Of a DNA stretch of 64,000 nucleotides, positions 47,768 through 57,012 are shown in pieces. Within the stretch, counting starts at the first letter, position 1. Each line of letters opens with the position of its first letter. The stretch spans positions 261,710 through 325,709 of the forward strand of contig CAVVPT010000011.1 in assembly GCA_963750125.1 (NCBI GenBank). Reading direction: 5' to 3'. The position numbers and the translations under genes are program-made. The notes below the pieces were generated by a model that made no database searches, was not told the DNA's origin, and saw only the letters and a list, made by a program, of their open reading frames with translations. Source of the stretch: an uncultured Chloroflexia bacterium. GTDB lineage: Bacteria > Chloroflexota > Limnocylindria > Limnocylindrales > CSP1-4.

Positions 47768-48580
47768 ATGTTTCGAAGGCGACTCCTGTTGGCGCTCACG
47801 ATCGGCTCGCTTGCGTCGCTGCTGCTGGCCTCGGCGCCTGCCTTTGCCATCACCGGCGGTTCGCCGGACACGATCCACACCAATGTCGGACTCGTCCGCT
47901 TCACGACGGCCGACGGTCGGTTCCGGTGCTCGGGGACGCTGATCGCACCGACGGTCGTCCTCACGGCGGGCCATTGCACGGAGGGCCCGGCCACCAACGT
48001 CTATGTGTCGTTCGACGACACACTCGCCCTCGACCCGCTCGCACCGAACATCACCCCCGAGGAGAAGGCGGCGCGCGAAGCCCACTACATCACCGGCACG
48101 GCCCACCCCGATCCAGGCTGGGACGGCAAGCTCCAATTCTCGAAGCAGCACGACCAGGGCGTCGTGGTGCTCGACGCCCCGGCGTCGACCAAGTGGCCCG
48201 ACATCGTGCCCGCTGCCCTGCCCCCGGTCGGTTACATGGACGCCAACCAGGGCGCGCTCAAGAACGGCACGTTCACGCTCGTCGGCTACGGCGTCAAGAT
48301 CGGCGAGAAGAAGGCGACGGTCGTGGTGACCGTGCGGAGCTCGACGACCTCGTACCTGAAGAACGTCGGCAGCGAAGTGATCACCTTCCAGATCAACGAC
48401 CGCGATTCGAAGGCGGGCGGGGGTTCGTGCTTCGGCGACTCGGGTGGCGCCGTGTTCTTCGACGGCTTCGTCCTGGGCGACGCGTCGTACGTCAACTCGC
48501 TGACGTGCAACGCGCTGGGCAGCTACCAGCGCGATGACACGCCGTACTCGCGAGCCTTCCTGGACCAGTTCCTGCCGTAG
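47768..48580 (+). CDS. Secreted trypsin-like (S1) serine protease
   Basis: Signal peptide MFRRRLLLALTIGSLASLLLASAPAFA, TAGHC (His) and GDSGG (Ser). Confidence 0.85.
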   Translation: MFRRRLLLALTIGSLASLLLASAPAFAITGGSPDTIHTNVGLVRFTTADGRFRCSGTLIAPTVVLTAGHCTEGPATNVYVSFDDTLALDPLAPNITPEEKAAREAHYITGTAHPDPGWDGKLQFSKQHDQGVVVLDAPASTKWPDIVPAALPPVGYMDANQGALKNGTFTLVGYGVKIGEKKATVVVTVRSSTTSYLKNVGSEVITFQINDRDSKAGGGSCFGDSGGAVFFDGFVLGDASYVNSLTCNALGSYQRDDTPYSRAFLDQFLP

Positions 48581-48632
48581 CGCGACAGGCGCCCGCACGG
48601 CCCGGGCGAGGCCAGCACGGAGCGCCGTGGCG

Positions 48633-51210
48633 TCAGGCGTCGCGGATGACGATGTTGAGCAGCTTGCCGCCACCGGCGGCGATCACCTTGTCCGGAGCAC
48701 GGCCCGCGAGGATCCCGGCGATCTTCGGACTCGCAAGCGCGAGCCGCTCCAGGTCGGCCGGAGTCGTATCGGTGGGCACGACCAGACGGTCGCGGAGCTT
48801 GCCGTTGACCTGGATCGGCACCTCGCGGGTGGCCTCGGCGAGGACGGAGGTGTCGATCTCCGGCCAGCGCTCGGCGTGGATCGACGACCACTCGGCGCCG
48901 GTTGCGGCCAGCCGCCGGCTCCACAGCTCCTCGGTGATGTGCGGCGCCGCGGGCGCCAGCATCAGCAGCAGCAACCGGACCGCCTCATCCCACTCGGCCG
49001 AGCCGGCCACCGCGGTGCCGCGGTAGCGCATCAGCGTGTTCGACAGTTCCATGAGCTTCGCCAGCATCGTGTTGAAGCGGAAGCCCTCGTAGTCATCGCT
49101 GACGTCGCGCAGCGTCCGGTGCGCCGCCGCGCGCATCCCGGCCCGAGCGTCGACCTCGGTCTCGCCGGCGGGCAGCGTGCCGGACTCGGGGTCGCCCGGC
49201 TCGATGCCGTGCGGGTCGAGCGCGATCGTCCAGGCGCGGTTCAGGAAGCGGTGGACGCCGCCGATCCCGGACGGGCTCCACGGACCGCCCTGGTCCCATG
49301 GCCCCATGAACATCAGGAACAGGCGGACCGTGTCGGCGCCGTAGCGCTGGACCAGCTCGTCGGGGTCCTGCACGTTGCCGCGCGACTTCGACATGCGCTC
49401 GCCGTCCGCCCCGAGGATCTGGCCCTGGTTGAACACCCGTTTCCACGGCTCGTTCTGCTGGACCAGCCCGATGTCTCGCATCATCTTCGTGAACTCGCGG
49501 GCATACAGCAGGTGCATGACCGCATGCTCCGCCCCGCCGGTGTACTGCTCGACGGGCGTCCACGTCTCGACCATGTCGGCGTCGAGCGGACCATCCGGCT
49601 TGTGCGGCGACAGGTAGCGATACCAGTACCAGGACGAGTCGATGAAGGTGTCCATCGTGTCGGTCTCGCGTTTCGCGCGGCTCGCCGTCGATCGGGCACG
49701 GAACGTTGAGGAACGTCTCGTCACGGGTCAGCGGATTCACCCCGCTGCCCTCGTAGTCGACCGTGTCGGGCAGCAGAACCGGCAGGTCCTCATCCGGGAC
49801 GGGCACGATGCCATGGGTCGGGCAGTGGATCACCGGGATCGGCGTGCCCCAGTAGCGCTGCCGGCTGATCAACCAGTCGCGCAAGCGGTACGTGACCGCA
49901 GCCTGGCCCTTGGCTTCGGACGCGAGCGAGGCGACGATCCGCCGCCCGCCCTCGTCGGCTGACAGCCCGCTGAACTCGCCGCTATTGATCAGCACCTCGT
50001 CGTCCGAGTGCGCGACGTACGCCTCGCCGAGATCGGCGTTCTCCTCGCCGGGCCGCGCGACGACACGGCGGATCGACAACCCGAACTTCTGTGCGAACGC
50101 GTAGTCACGCTCGTCGTGCGCGGGGACGGCCATGATCGCGCCGGTTCCGTAGCCGGCGAGCACGTAGTCGGCCACGAAGATCGGGATTCGCTCGCCGTTG
50201 ACCGGGTTGATCGCGTCGGCACCGATCGGGACGCCGGTCTTCTCGCGTTCGGCGGACAGCCGCTCGATCTCGGTCTCGGTCTCGGCGCGCGCGACGTACG
50301 CCTCCACCTCCGCCCGTCGCTCCGGGGCCGTCAGCGCCGCGACCAGCGGATGCTCAGGGGCGAGGACCATGAACGTCGCTCCGAACAGCGTGTCCGGGCG
50401 CGTCGTGAAGACGCGGATCTCCTCGCCGCCCGCGTCGTGGTCGGACGGCGCGGTATCGAACACGATCTCGCCGCCCTCCGATCGGCCGATCCAGTTCGTC
50501 TGCTGGATCCGGACCGGGTCGGGAAACTGAATCTCGCTGAAGTCGAGCAGCTCGTCCGCGTACTTCGTGACGCGCAGGTACCACTGGTCCAGGTCTCGCT
50601 TCTCGACCTTTGCGCCGCAGCGCCAGCAGTGACGGTCGGCGCCCTCGACCTGCTCGCGGGCCAGCGTGCCGTCGTTCGGACACCAGTCGACCGCCGACTT
50701 CGCGCGGTAGGCGAGGCCGGCCTTCAGGAACTGCAGGAAGAACCACTGGTTCCAGCGGTAGTAGTCGGGGTCGCAGGTGACGACCTCGGCGCTCCAGTCG
50801 AACGTGGCGCCCATCTGCCGTAGCTGGCGGCGCATGTTGGCGATGTTCGACATCGTCCAGTCGCGCGGATTGATCCGGTTCCGGATCGCCGCGTTCTCGG
50901 CGGGTAGCCCGAAGGCATCGAACCCGATCGGCAGGAACACGTTCTTGCCGTGCATCCGCCGGAAGCGGGCCAGCGCGTCGGTCGGCGTCTTGATGTACCA
51001 GTGCCCGATGTGGATGTCGCCCGACGGGTACGGGTACATCGTCAGCAGGTAGTAGCGGTTGCGCGGTTCCTCGAGGTCGGTCCGGTAGAGCTCGAGCTCC
51101 TCCCAGCGCTGCTGCCAGCGCGGTTCGATCGCGCTCGGGTCGTAGCGCTCGATGCGGGTTCGCTCGGGCCGGCCGGCGGTGGACGCCGTGTCGGCGGTGG
51201 TGTCGGTCAC
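48633..51210 (-). CDS. leuS: Leucine--tRNA ligase (one frame break near 49,680)
   Basis: PSGDIHIGHW (HIGH) and RMSKSRGN (KMSKS). The N-terminal part is in ORF 49093..51342 and the C-terminal part in ORF 48633..49724. The start was chosen at GTG 51210. Confidence 0.9.
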
Positions 51211-51281
51211 GGACTGCCTCGGATATGGATCACCCCCCGCCGGCGCCGGCGAGGGGTGGGTGTCGGCGGTGTTCGCTCGTC

Positions 51282-51357
51282 TGGTGGAGCTACGGGGACT
51301 CGAACCCCGGACCCCCTGCATGCCATGCAGGTGCTCTCCCAACTGAGCTATAGCCCC
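51282..51357 (-). tRNA. tRNA-Ala: tRNA-Ala (anticodon GGC), CCA encoded
   Basis: GGGGCTATAGCTCAGTTGGGAGAGCACCTGCATGGCATGCAGGGGGTCCGGGGTTCGAGTCCCCGTAGCTCCACCA. It folds as a cloverleaf and has the G3:U70 identity pair. Confidence 0.95.
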
Positions 51358-51386
51358 ACGGAGCGGGAATTGTACCAGAGGGCTCG

Positions 51387-52574
51387 TCAGCCGCCGGTCG
51401 TGGAGGGGCCTGGCAAAACGATTCTGATCATGGTTCCGGCGTTCGGCGCGCTCTCAGCCGAGATCGTGCCGCCATGCAATTCGACGATCGCGCGCGCGAT
51501 CGCGAGCCCGAGGCCGGAGCCTCGGGAGTCGGACGATTTCGCGAAGCGGTCGAAGACCGTCGGCAGCAGTTCGGCGGGGATGCCCGGCCCGTCGTCGGCG
51601 ACCTCGAGCACGATGCCCTCGCCGGTCGAGCGACCGTCGATCCGGACCGTCCCGCCGGGCCCCACGTAGCGCAGCGCATTCGCGACGAGGTTCGCGAGGA
51701 CCTCGCGCATCCGGATCGGGTCGACGTCCAGCAGCGGCAGGTCGTCGGCCAGCGCGAGCTCGATGGTCGCGCCGGCGGTTCCCGCCGGCTGCTCGAACGA
51801 CCGGGCCACTTCGGCCGCCACGATCGACAGGTCGGTCGGCTCGCGGTGGAGTGCCAGCGTGCCGGCCTCGGCGAGGCTGAGCGTCCGCAGGTCCTCGATC
51901 AGGCGGGCGAGCACGCGCGTCTCCTCGAGGACCGTGCCGAGATGCTCGCCATCCGCCGGGTAGACGCCGTCGACGATCGCCTCGACGTTGCCCTGGATGA
52001 CCGCGAGCGGCGTGCGCAGCTCGTGGCTGACCTCGGCGAGCAGCCGCCGGCGCTGCGCCTCGTCGACCTCGAGGCGGGCCGTCATGGTATTGAACGCGCG
52101 CACGAGATCGCGCAGCTCGCGCGGGCCACGGTCGACCTCGGGGACGCGGGTTGCGTAGTCGCCCGCCTCGACCCGCCCGGCCGCCTCGACGAGGGCGTCC
52201 AGCGGCGGCGCGACGCCCCGCGCAAGCCGGATCCCGAACAGGATGGCCGCCCCGCCGGCGATCAGGATGACGGCCACGGCCGCGCGGGCCAGGTCGGACA
52301 GGGTGCCCGTGTCGGTGACGAAGCCCAGCAGCGAGCCGATGATCCACAGCCCGATGACGCCGATCGAGACAAAGACGAGCGAGAGCAGGAGGACGAAGCA
52401 CCCGAAGCGTCTCGCCATGCCCCGTCGCCGCCAGGGAGGTCCCCACTGGCCGCTGCGACCGCGCGGCCCCCACCATGGCGGGCCGCGCCACTCCTGCGGC
52501 GGCCACGACTCGTCGTCCGGCCACCAGCCGGGCCGTTCGTGCGGACGCGGGTTCTCGGGGTCGGGAGCGGGCAC
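51387..52574 (-). CDS. Sensor histidine kinase (two transmembrane segments, HAMP, HisKA, HATPase)
   Basis: H-box EVSHELRTPL and N/G boxes. The GTG start lies 1 nt after the response-regulator stop. Confidence 0.9.
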   Translation of the reverse strand: MPAPDPENPRPHERPGWWPDDESWPPQEWRGPPWWGPRGRSGQWGPPWRRRGMARRFGCFVLLLSLVFVSIGVIGLWIIGSLLGFVTDTGTLSDLARAAVAVILIAGGAAILFGIRLARGVAPPLDALVEAAGRVEAGDYATRVPEVDRGPRELRDLVRAFNTMTARLEVDEAQRRRLLAEVSHELRTPLAVIQGNVEAIVDGVYPADGEHLGTVLEETRVLARLIEDLRTLSLAEAGTLALHREPTDLSIVAAEVARSFEQPAGTAGATIELALADDLPLLDVDPIRMREVLANLVANALRYVGPGGTVRIDGRSTGEGIVLEVADDGPGIPAELLPTVFDRFAKSSDSRGSGLGLAIARAIVELHGGTISAESAPNAGTMIRIVLPGPSTTGG

Positions 52575-52575
52575 G

Positions 52576-53277
52576 TCAGGCCGCCGGCTCGGCGACGCGG
52601 TAGCCGACCCCGTAGACGGTCAGCACGTAGCGCGGTTCCCGCGGGTTCGGCTCGACCTTCCGGCGCAGGTTCTTGATGTGCGTGTCGATCGCCCGCTCGT
52701 AGGACTCGAAGGCGACGCCATGGACGGCATCGAGCAGCTGCGAGCGGGTGAAGATGCGGCCCGGCTGGCGGGCCATCGTGGCAAGGAGTGTGAACTCGGT
52801 GGGCGTCAGGTCCGCGGGCGTGCCCGCGATATGGACCTGCATCCGGGGAACGTCGAGGTGCAGGTCGCCCACGGCGATCTGGTCGTTGGAGGTGGCGGCG
52901 GCTACCCCCTCGCTCCGCCGCAGGACTGCGCGGACACGGGCGACCAGCTCGCGCGGGCTGAACGGCTTCGTGATGTAGTCATCGGCTCCGAGCTCGAGGC
53001 CGAGCAGCTTGTCGAGCTCGTCGTCGCGCGCCGTGAGCATCACGATCGGGGTAGGGGACTCGGCGCGAATCGTGCGGGTCACGTCGAGGCCATCCAGTTC
53101 GGGCAGGCCCAGGTCGAGGACGATGAGGTCCGGCCGGCGGGTGCGGAAAGCATGGACGGCCGACGCGCCGTCGCCGGCCGTCAGCACGCCGAACCCGGCG
53201 TTCTCGAGGTAGTCGCGGGCGAGTTGCACGATCCGGGGCTCGTCGTCGACGACGAGGACGGTTTTCACGCGGGCCAT
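52576..53277 (-). CDS. OmpR/PhoB-family response regulator
   Basis: The receiver begins VLVVDDEP and the winged helix ends YVLTVYGVGYRV. Confidence 0.95.
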   Translation of the reverse strand: MARVKTVLVVDDEPRIVQLARDYLENAGFGVLTAGDGASAVHAFRTRRPDLIVLDLGLPELDGLDVTRTIRAESPTPIVMLTARDDELDKLLGLELGADDYITKPFSPRELVARVRAVLRRSEGVAAATSNDQIAVGDLHLDVPRMQVHIAGTPADLTPTEFTLLATMARQPGRIFTRSQLLDAVHGVAFESYERAIDTHIKNLRRKVEPNPREPRYVLTVYGVGYRVAEPAA

Positions 53278-53349
53278 CGTAGAGTCCCTGGGGCGCGGAG
53301 GTGGCCGCCCCGTTCGGGGCGGCCACCGTGGATAGAAGCGACGCGACGC

Positions 53350-53777
53350 TCAGGACTGGTTCGGTGGGCTCGAGCCGCCGGCGTCACCGCCGCCCTGCTG
53401 GTCGTGCAGCCGCTGGTGGTATTCGGCCATCCGGCGCTCACGCTCCTCGTGCCAGCCGTTCGGGCCGTAACCGCCTGGGCCCCAGCCCGGCCCGCCGCCC
53501 AGCGACGGCCGCCGAATGCGGCCCGGGCCAGTCCGAACAGCAGAAGGAAGAAGAAGATCGGGAAGAGGATCCACAGGAACCCGAAGCCGAAGAAGCCCGG
53601 GTGACCGTAGCCGTACCCATAGCCGACGGGCGCCACGACCGTGGTGCCCTCCGGGAGGGTCGCCGCCTGGGCGATGCCCTGGCTGACTCCCGCGTTGTAG
53701 ATCCCGATGCCGATCCCCGCGAGCACGAGGACGATGAGCGCCCCGAGCACGAGGTTGAGGATGGTTCGTCCGTTCAT
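53350..53777 (-). CDS. Small Gly/aromatic-rich membrane protein upstream of the two-component system (frame break near 53,510)
   Basis: AAGGAG lies 10 nt upstream of the ATG. Two transmembrane helices flank GYGYGYGHPGFFGFGF. The tail GGGPGWGPGGYGPNGWHEERERRMAEYHQRLHDQQ lies in the frame of ORF 53350..53787. Confidence 0.6.
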
Positions 53778-53846
53778 TGATGTGCATCTCCTTGTTCGCT
53801 CTTCGAACGTGATGGCGCCATCCTCGAACTCGATCGTGGAGCGAAT

Positions 53847-54725
53847 GTGAAGACGGGGCGGAGGTCCTGCGGACCTCACCGGCGTGGCATCATCGGGGCC
53901 GTGCCTCCCAGCCGCGCACGCCGGACCATCACCGAGGAGCTCGCTACGGTCGACCTCCCGGGTGGACGACTCGGCTACGTCCTTCGCCGCTCGTCACAGG
54001 CGTTGACGATGCGCGTCGTCATCGACCCGGCGAAAGGCGTCGTCGTCACCATCCCCGGCCCGAACCGACGCGGGTGGGCGCGCCCCGAGCCGGTGATCTC
54101 GGGATTCCTCGGCGAGCGCGAGGCGTGGCTGCGCCGCCATCTCGCGCGGCAGGCTTCAGAACGCGCCACACTTGCCGCGCGCGGAGGCTTGCGCGACGGA
54201 GCGTCGTTCCGCTACCGGGGCGAATTCCATCGACTGCGCATCGAGCGCGCTCCGGGATCCCGTCGCTCGGCGGTGACGCGGGTCGGTGGCGACTTCGAGG
54301 ACGAGCTGCACGTCCGCCTCGCGCCCGCGGACCGGCGCCTCGTCGGCGACGTCCTCGAGGCGTGGCTCCGCGCGCGCGCACGCGATTCGATCCGGCGCGC
54401 TATCGATCGGCACGCCTCGGCACTGAACGTCGCGCCGGCAGCGATCTCTGTCCGCGACCAGCGCACCCGCTGGGGCAGCGCCTCACGCGGCCGGCGCCTG
54501 GCATTCTCGTGGCGGCTGGTGCTCGCACCACCGGAGGCCCTCGACACGGTCGTCGTCCACGAGCTCGCCCATCTCCGGGTGTTCGGACACGGGCGTACGT
54601 TCTGGGCGCTGGTCGCGTCGCGCCGCCCGGATCACTCCCAGTGGCGCCGCTGGCTCCGCGAGCACTCGCTCGAGCTGCACGGGGCCCTCGGTCAGGACGA
54701 GGAGGTCGCGGAGGCCTCGGCCTGA
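53847..54725 (+). CDS. YgjP-like (DUF45/M48-type) metal-dependent hydrolase
   Basis: HEXXH in VVVHELAHLRVFGHG. The start is uncertain (GTG 53847 or 53901). Confidence 0.8.
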   Translation: MKTGRRSCGPHRRGIIGAVPPSRARRTITEELATVDLPGGRLGYVLRRSSQALTMRVVIDPAKGVVVTIPGPNRRGWARPEPVISGFLGEREAWLRRHLARQASERATLAARGGLRDGASFRYRGEFHRLRIERAPGSRRSAVTRVGGDFEDELHVRLAPADRRLVGDVLEAWLRARARDSIRRAIDRHASALNVAPAAISVRDQRTRWGSASRGRRLAFSWRLVLAPPEALDTVVVHELAHLRVFGHGRTFWALVASRRPDHSQWRRWLREHSLELHGALGQDEEVAEASA

Positions 54726-55232
54726 TTGCGGCTCGATCCCGGCTCGCCGAACGATCTCCTCGACCACGAGCCGCGGCCGTAACCGGTCGACGTCGATCAT
54801 GATGTCCGCCGCCGCTTCGAAAACCGGGTCGCGCTCCTCGACGACGTCCTCGATCCAGTCCAGCGATGTTGCGTCGTCACGCCGCCCGCGGCCCGCACCG
54901 ACCCGCATGCGCAGAGTCTCGGGTCGCGCTCGCAGCCACACGACCGTCCCGGTCTCGCGCATCCTGGCCTGCGACTCCGTGTCCATGACGACGAACCCGG
55001 CGACGCCGATGATCACGGGCGGCGCGATGGTCAGGGCATGCTCGAACGCGGCCAGTTCGGCTGCGTGGAGCGCGGTGATGCCACCTTCGTCCTCGATTTC
55101 CGGAGCCGTTCGCCCGGCGACTTCCTGCACGAGTGAATCGTTGTCCACGTACGGCCAACCGGTCTGTGCCGCCAGCCGGCGACCAATCGTCGTCTTGCCC
55201 GAGCCCATCAGGCCGATGAGGAAGATGCGCAC
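54483..55232 (-). CDS. aroK: Shikimate kinase; the last ~80 codons of the ORF overlap the convergent gene and are probably not real
   Basis: The GTG-start protein begins VRIFLIGLMGSGKTTIGRRLA...VDNDSL... The kinase-like sequence ends near 54,720. A shifted frame has a stop at 54,692. Confidence 0.75.
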   Translation of the reverse strand: MRIFLIGLMGSGKTTIGRRLAAQTGWPYVDNDSLVQEVAGRTAPEIEDEGGITALHAAELAAFEHALTIAPPVIIGVAGFVVMDTESQARMRETGTVVWLRARPETLRMRVGAGRGRRDDATSLDWIEDVVEERDPVFEAAADIMIDVDRLRPRLVVEEIVRRAGIEPQSGRGLRDLLVLTEGPVQLERVLAEPAAPLGVIRAARRDQRPERTPVSEHPEMGELVDDDRVEGLRWCEHQPPRECQAPAA

Positions 55233-55276
55233 GCGCTCAGCGTAGACCGTCGGGGCGAGCGTCCCCGGACCGTCAG

Positions 55277-55540
55277 TCAGGCATTCCGGCCGCGCAGCCA
55301 GCCGTCGAACGACGGGGCCCCGCGCAGCGAGTTCGTGGGACAGAGCGGGCAGCCCGGAATCGGCACGTCGTGGGCCCTGTGGCGAAGCTGGACGCCACCA
55401 ACCTCGCGGACGACCCGCCCGCGCAGGATCACCGCCGAGAAATGGCCCCACGCGAACACGCAGACGCGGCATACGGTTGGGCCGTCGCCAGCGATGACGT
55501 GTTCCGTCCGCCCGCATCGCTCGCAACGTGGTCGAGCCAT
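55277..55540 (-). CDS. Small protein with a ClpX-type C4 zinc-finger-like N-terminus
   Basis: MARPRCERCGRTEHVIAGDGPTVCRVCV resembles the ClpX ZBD pattern C-x2-C...IAG...C-x2-C. A further CPLC lies near the C-terminus. Confidence 0.45.
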   Translation of the reverse strand: MARPRCERCGRTEHVIAGDGPTVCRVCVFAWGHFSAVILRGRVVREVGGVQLRHRAHDVPIPGCPLCPTNSLRGAPSFDGWLRGRNA

Positions 55541-55667
55541 CCAGGGGTGGCTCTCCACGACCGGCGCCGCGTGCGACTGCATTGCGGGAGATTGCCCGGT
55601 CGGGCATTGCAGTCACATGTGCTCGCCCGACCCGCGCGCGACGAAATGCAATGCACGTCGGGGATGG

Positions 55668-55743
55668 TGGTGGAGATGAGGGGACTCGAACCCCTGACCC
55701 CCGCGATGCGAACGCGGTGCTCTCCCAGCTGAGCTACATCCCC
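55668..55743 (-). tRNA. tRNA-Ala: tRNA-Ala (anticodon CGC), CCA encoded
   Basis: GGGGATGTAGCTCAGCTGGGAGAGCACCGCGTTCGCATCGCGGGGGTCAGGGGTTCGAGTCCCCTCATCTCCACCA. It folds as a cloverleaf and has the G3:U70 pair. Confidence 0.95.
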
Positions 55744-55855
55744 ACGGGCCGTCGCGCAGTTTAGCACGGGGTCCCCGGCCGGCCGGCGCCTACAGGGTCT
55801 TGCAGGGTGGGCATCGGGCGCTGACCCGGGGGTCGCCCCGATAGGCTGCCGCGAA

Positions 55856-56755
55856 ATGCCGATCTCCTTCGGGTTCCTGGCCGGGCTCGGGGCCGCGCTG
55901 TCGTGGGGGACGATGGACGTGGCGACTGCACTGGCAAGCCGGCGTCTCGGCAGCCTCAAGGTCACGGCCGGTATCCAGGTCGTCGGCGCCGTCCTGCTCA
56001 TGGCGCTGGCGTTCGGGTGGGGAACGCCGCTGCCGTCTGATCCGCTGGTCCTGGCGGCGGCAGGGCTGCTCGGCATCGTCGGTGCCGGCGCCTACCTGTC
56101 GTACTTCACGGGTCTGCGCATCGGTCCGATCTCGCTGGTCGCCGGGGTGGTTGCCGCATACGGAGGGCTGACCGTTGTCCTCGCGGTGATCGTCCGCGGC
56201 GAATCGCTGACGTCGGTTCAGGCGCTCGGCGCCGCCGTGGCGACGCTCGGCGTGGTGCTCACCGCGGTCGCCTTCGATGGCGGCATCCGTGGCACTCGTC
56301 TCGCCGGACCCGGCGTCATCTTCGCGGTGATGGCGTTGCTGCTGTTCGCGGTGATGACCGTCGGCCTGGCCGAAGCGATCGAGCGCTCGGGCTGGCTCGA
56401 AGTCCTCGTCGTGTCGCGCATCGTGAACGCCATCGTCTCGATTGGCGCAGTCGTGGTGCTCACCTCGTTCGCGCATCCACGATTGCGGGCACTCGTCCAG
56501 GTCGACACGATCGCTGTTGCGCGCACGTCGTGGGCGATCGTCCTTGTCGCAGGCATCCTCGACGTCGCTGGGCTGATCGTGTTCGCGATCGGCCTCGAGC
56601 AGGCGGAGACGTGGCTGGTCGGCCTCGTCTCGTCGTTCGGGCCTGCGTTCACGATCCTGATCGCAGTGCTGTTCCTCGGGGAGCGGCTGCGGCGCGTTCA
56701 GTGGCTCGGCCTGGTCGGGGTCGGGTTCGGGATGGTGCTGATCGCGCTGCCATAG
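55856..56755 (+). CDS. EamA/DMT-family transporter
   Basis: 299-aa intact ORF with about 10 hydrophobic helices and two EamA-like halves. Confidence 0.85.
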   Translation: MPISFGFLAGLGAALSWGTMDVATALASRRLGSLKVTAGIQVVGAVLLMALAFGWGTPLPSDPLVLAAAGLLGIVGAGAYLSYFTGLRIGPISLVAGVVAAYGGLTVVLAVIVRGESLTSVQALGAAVATLGVVLTAVAFDGGIRGTRLAGPGVIFAVMALLLFAVMTVGLAEAIERSGWLEVLVVSRIVNAIVSIGAVVVLTSFAHPRLRALVQVDTIAVARTSWAIVLVAGILDVAGLIVFAIGLEQAETWLVGLVSSFGPAFTILIAVLFLGERLRRVQWLGLVGVGFGMVLIALP

Positions 56756-56977
56756 CGAGTGGCGCTCGCCCCGCGGTACCGGGCGAGTCGTCGTATTCCC
56801 CCGGGGTCTATCTGGCGTTACGGAAGCCGATCCGGGGTGTTTTCGAGGGTGCTGTGAGGGTATCCATTCCGCAGAGTTCTGCGAGCTTCAATAGGGCGGC
56901 TTCAGGCGGGGTCTGGGGGCCGAGAATGCCCGGGGATAGACGCCCCAGGAATACGGCGCCGAGTGGAAGCTGGGCCG

Positions 56978-57006
56978 TTGACGAAGTAGAACATTTGTTC
57001 GATACT
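56978..57006 (+). promoter_or_regulatory. imuA promoter: TTGACG, 17-nt spacer, GATACT
   Basis: The spacer contains the LexA box. The -10 ends 6 nt before GTG 57013, which implies a leaderless mRNA. Confidence 0.55.
56987..57002. promoter_or_regulatory. LexA (SOS) box, GAAC-N4-GTTC type
   Basis: TAGAACATTTGTTCGA. Confidence 0.7.
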
Positions 57007-57012
57007 GGCCGG

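Noticed and set aside
46496-48673. 725-aa minus-strand ORF
   Set aside because: Only its last ~310 codons (the LLM oxidoreductase) look like protein. The remainder is Arg/Gly/Asp-rich antisense of the well-supported S1 protease gene and of intergenic DNA.
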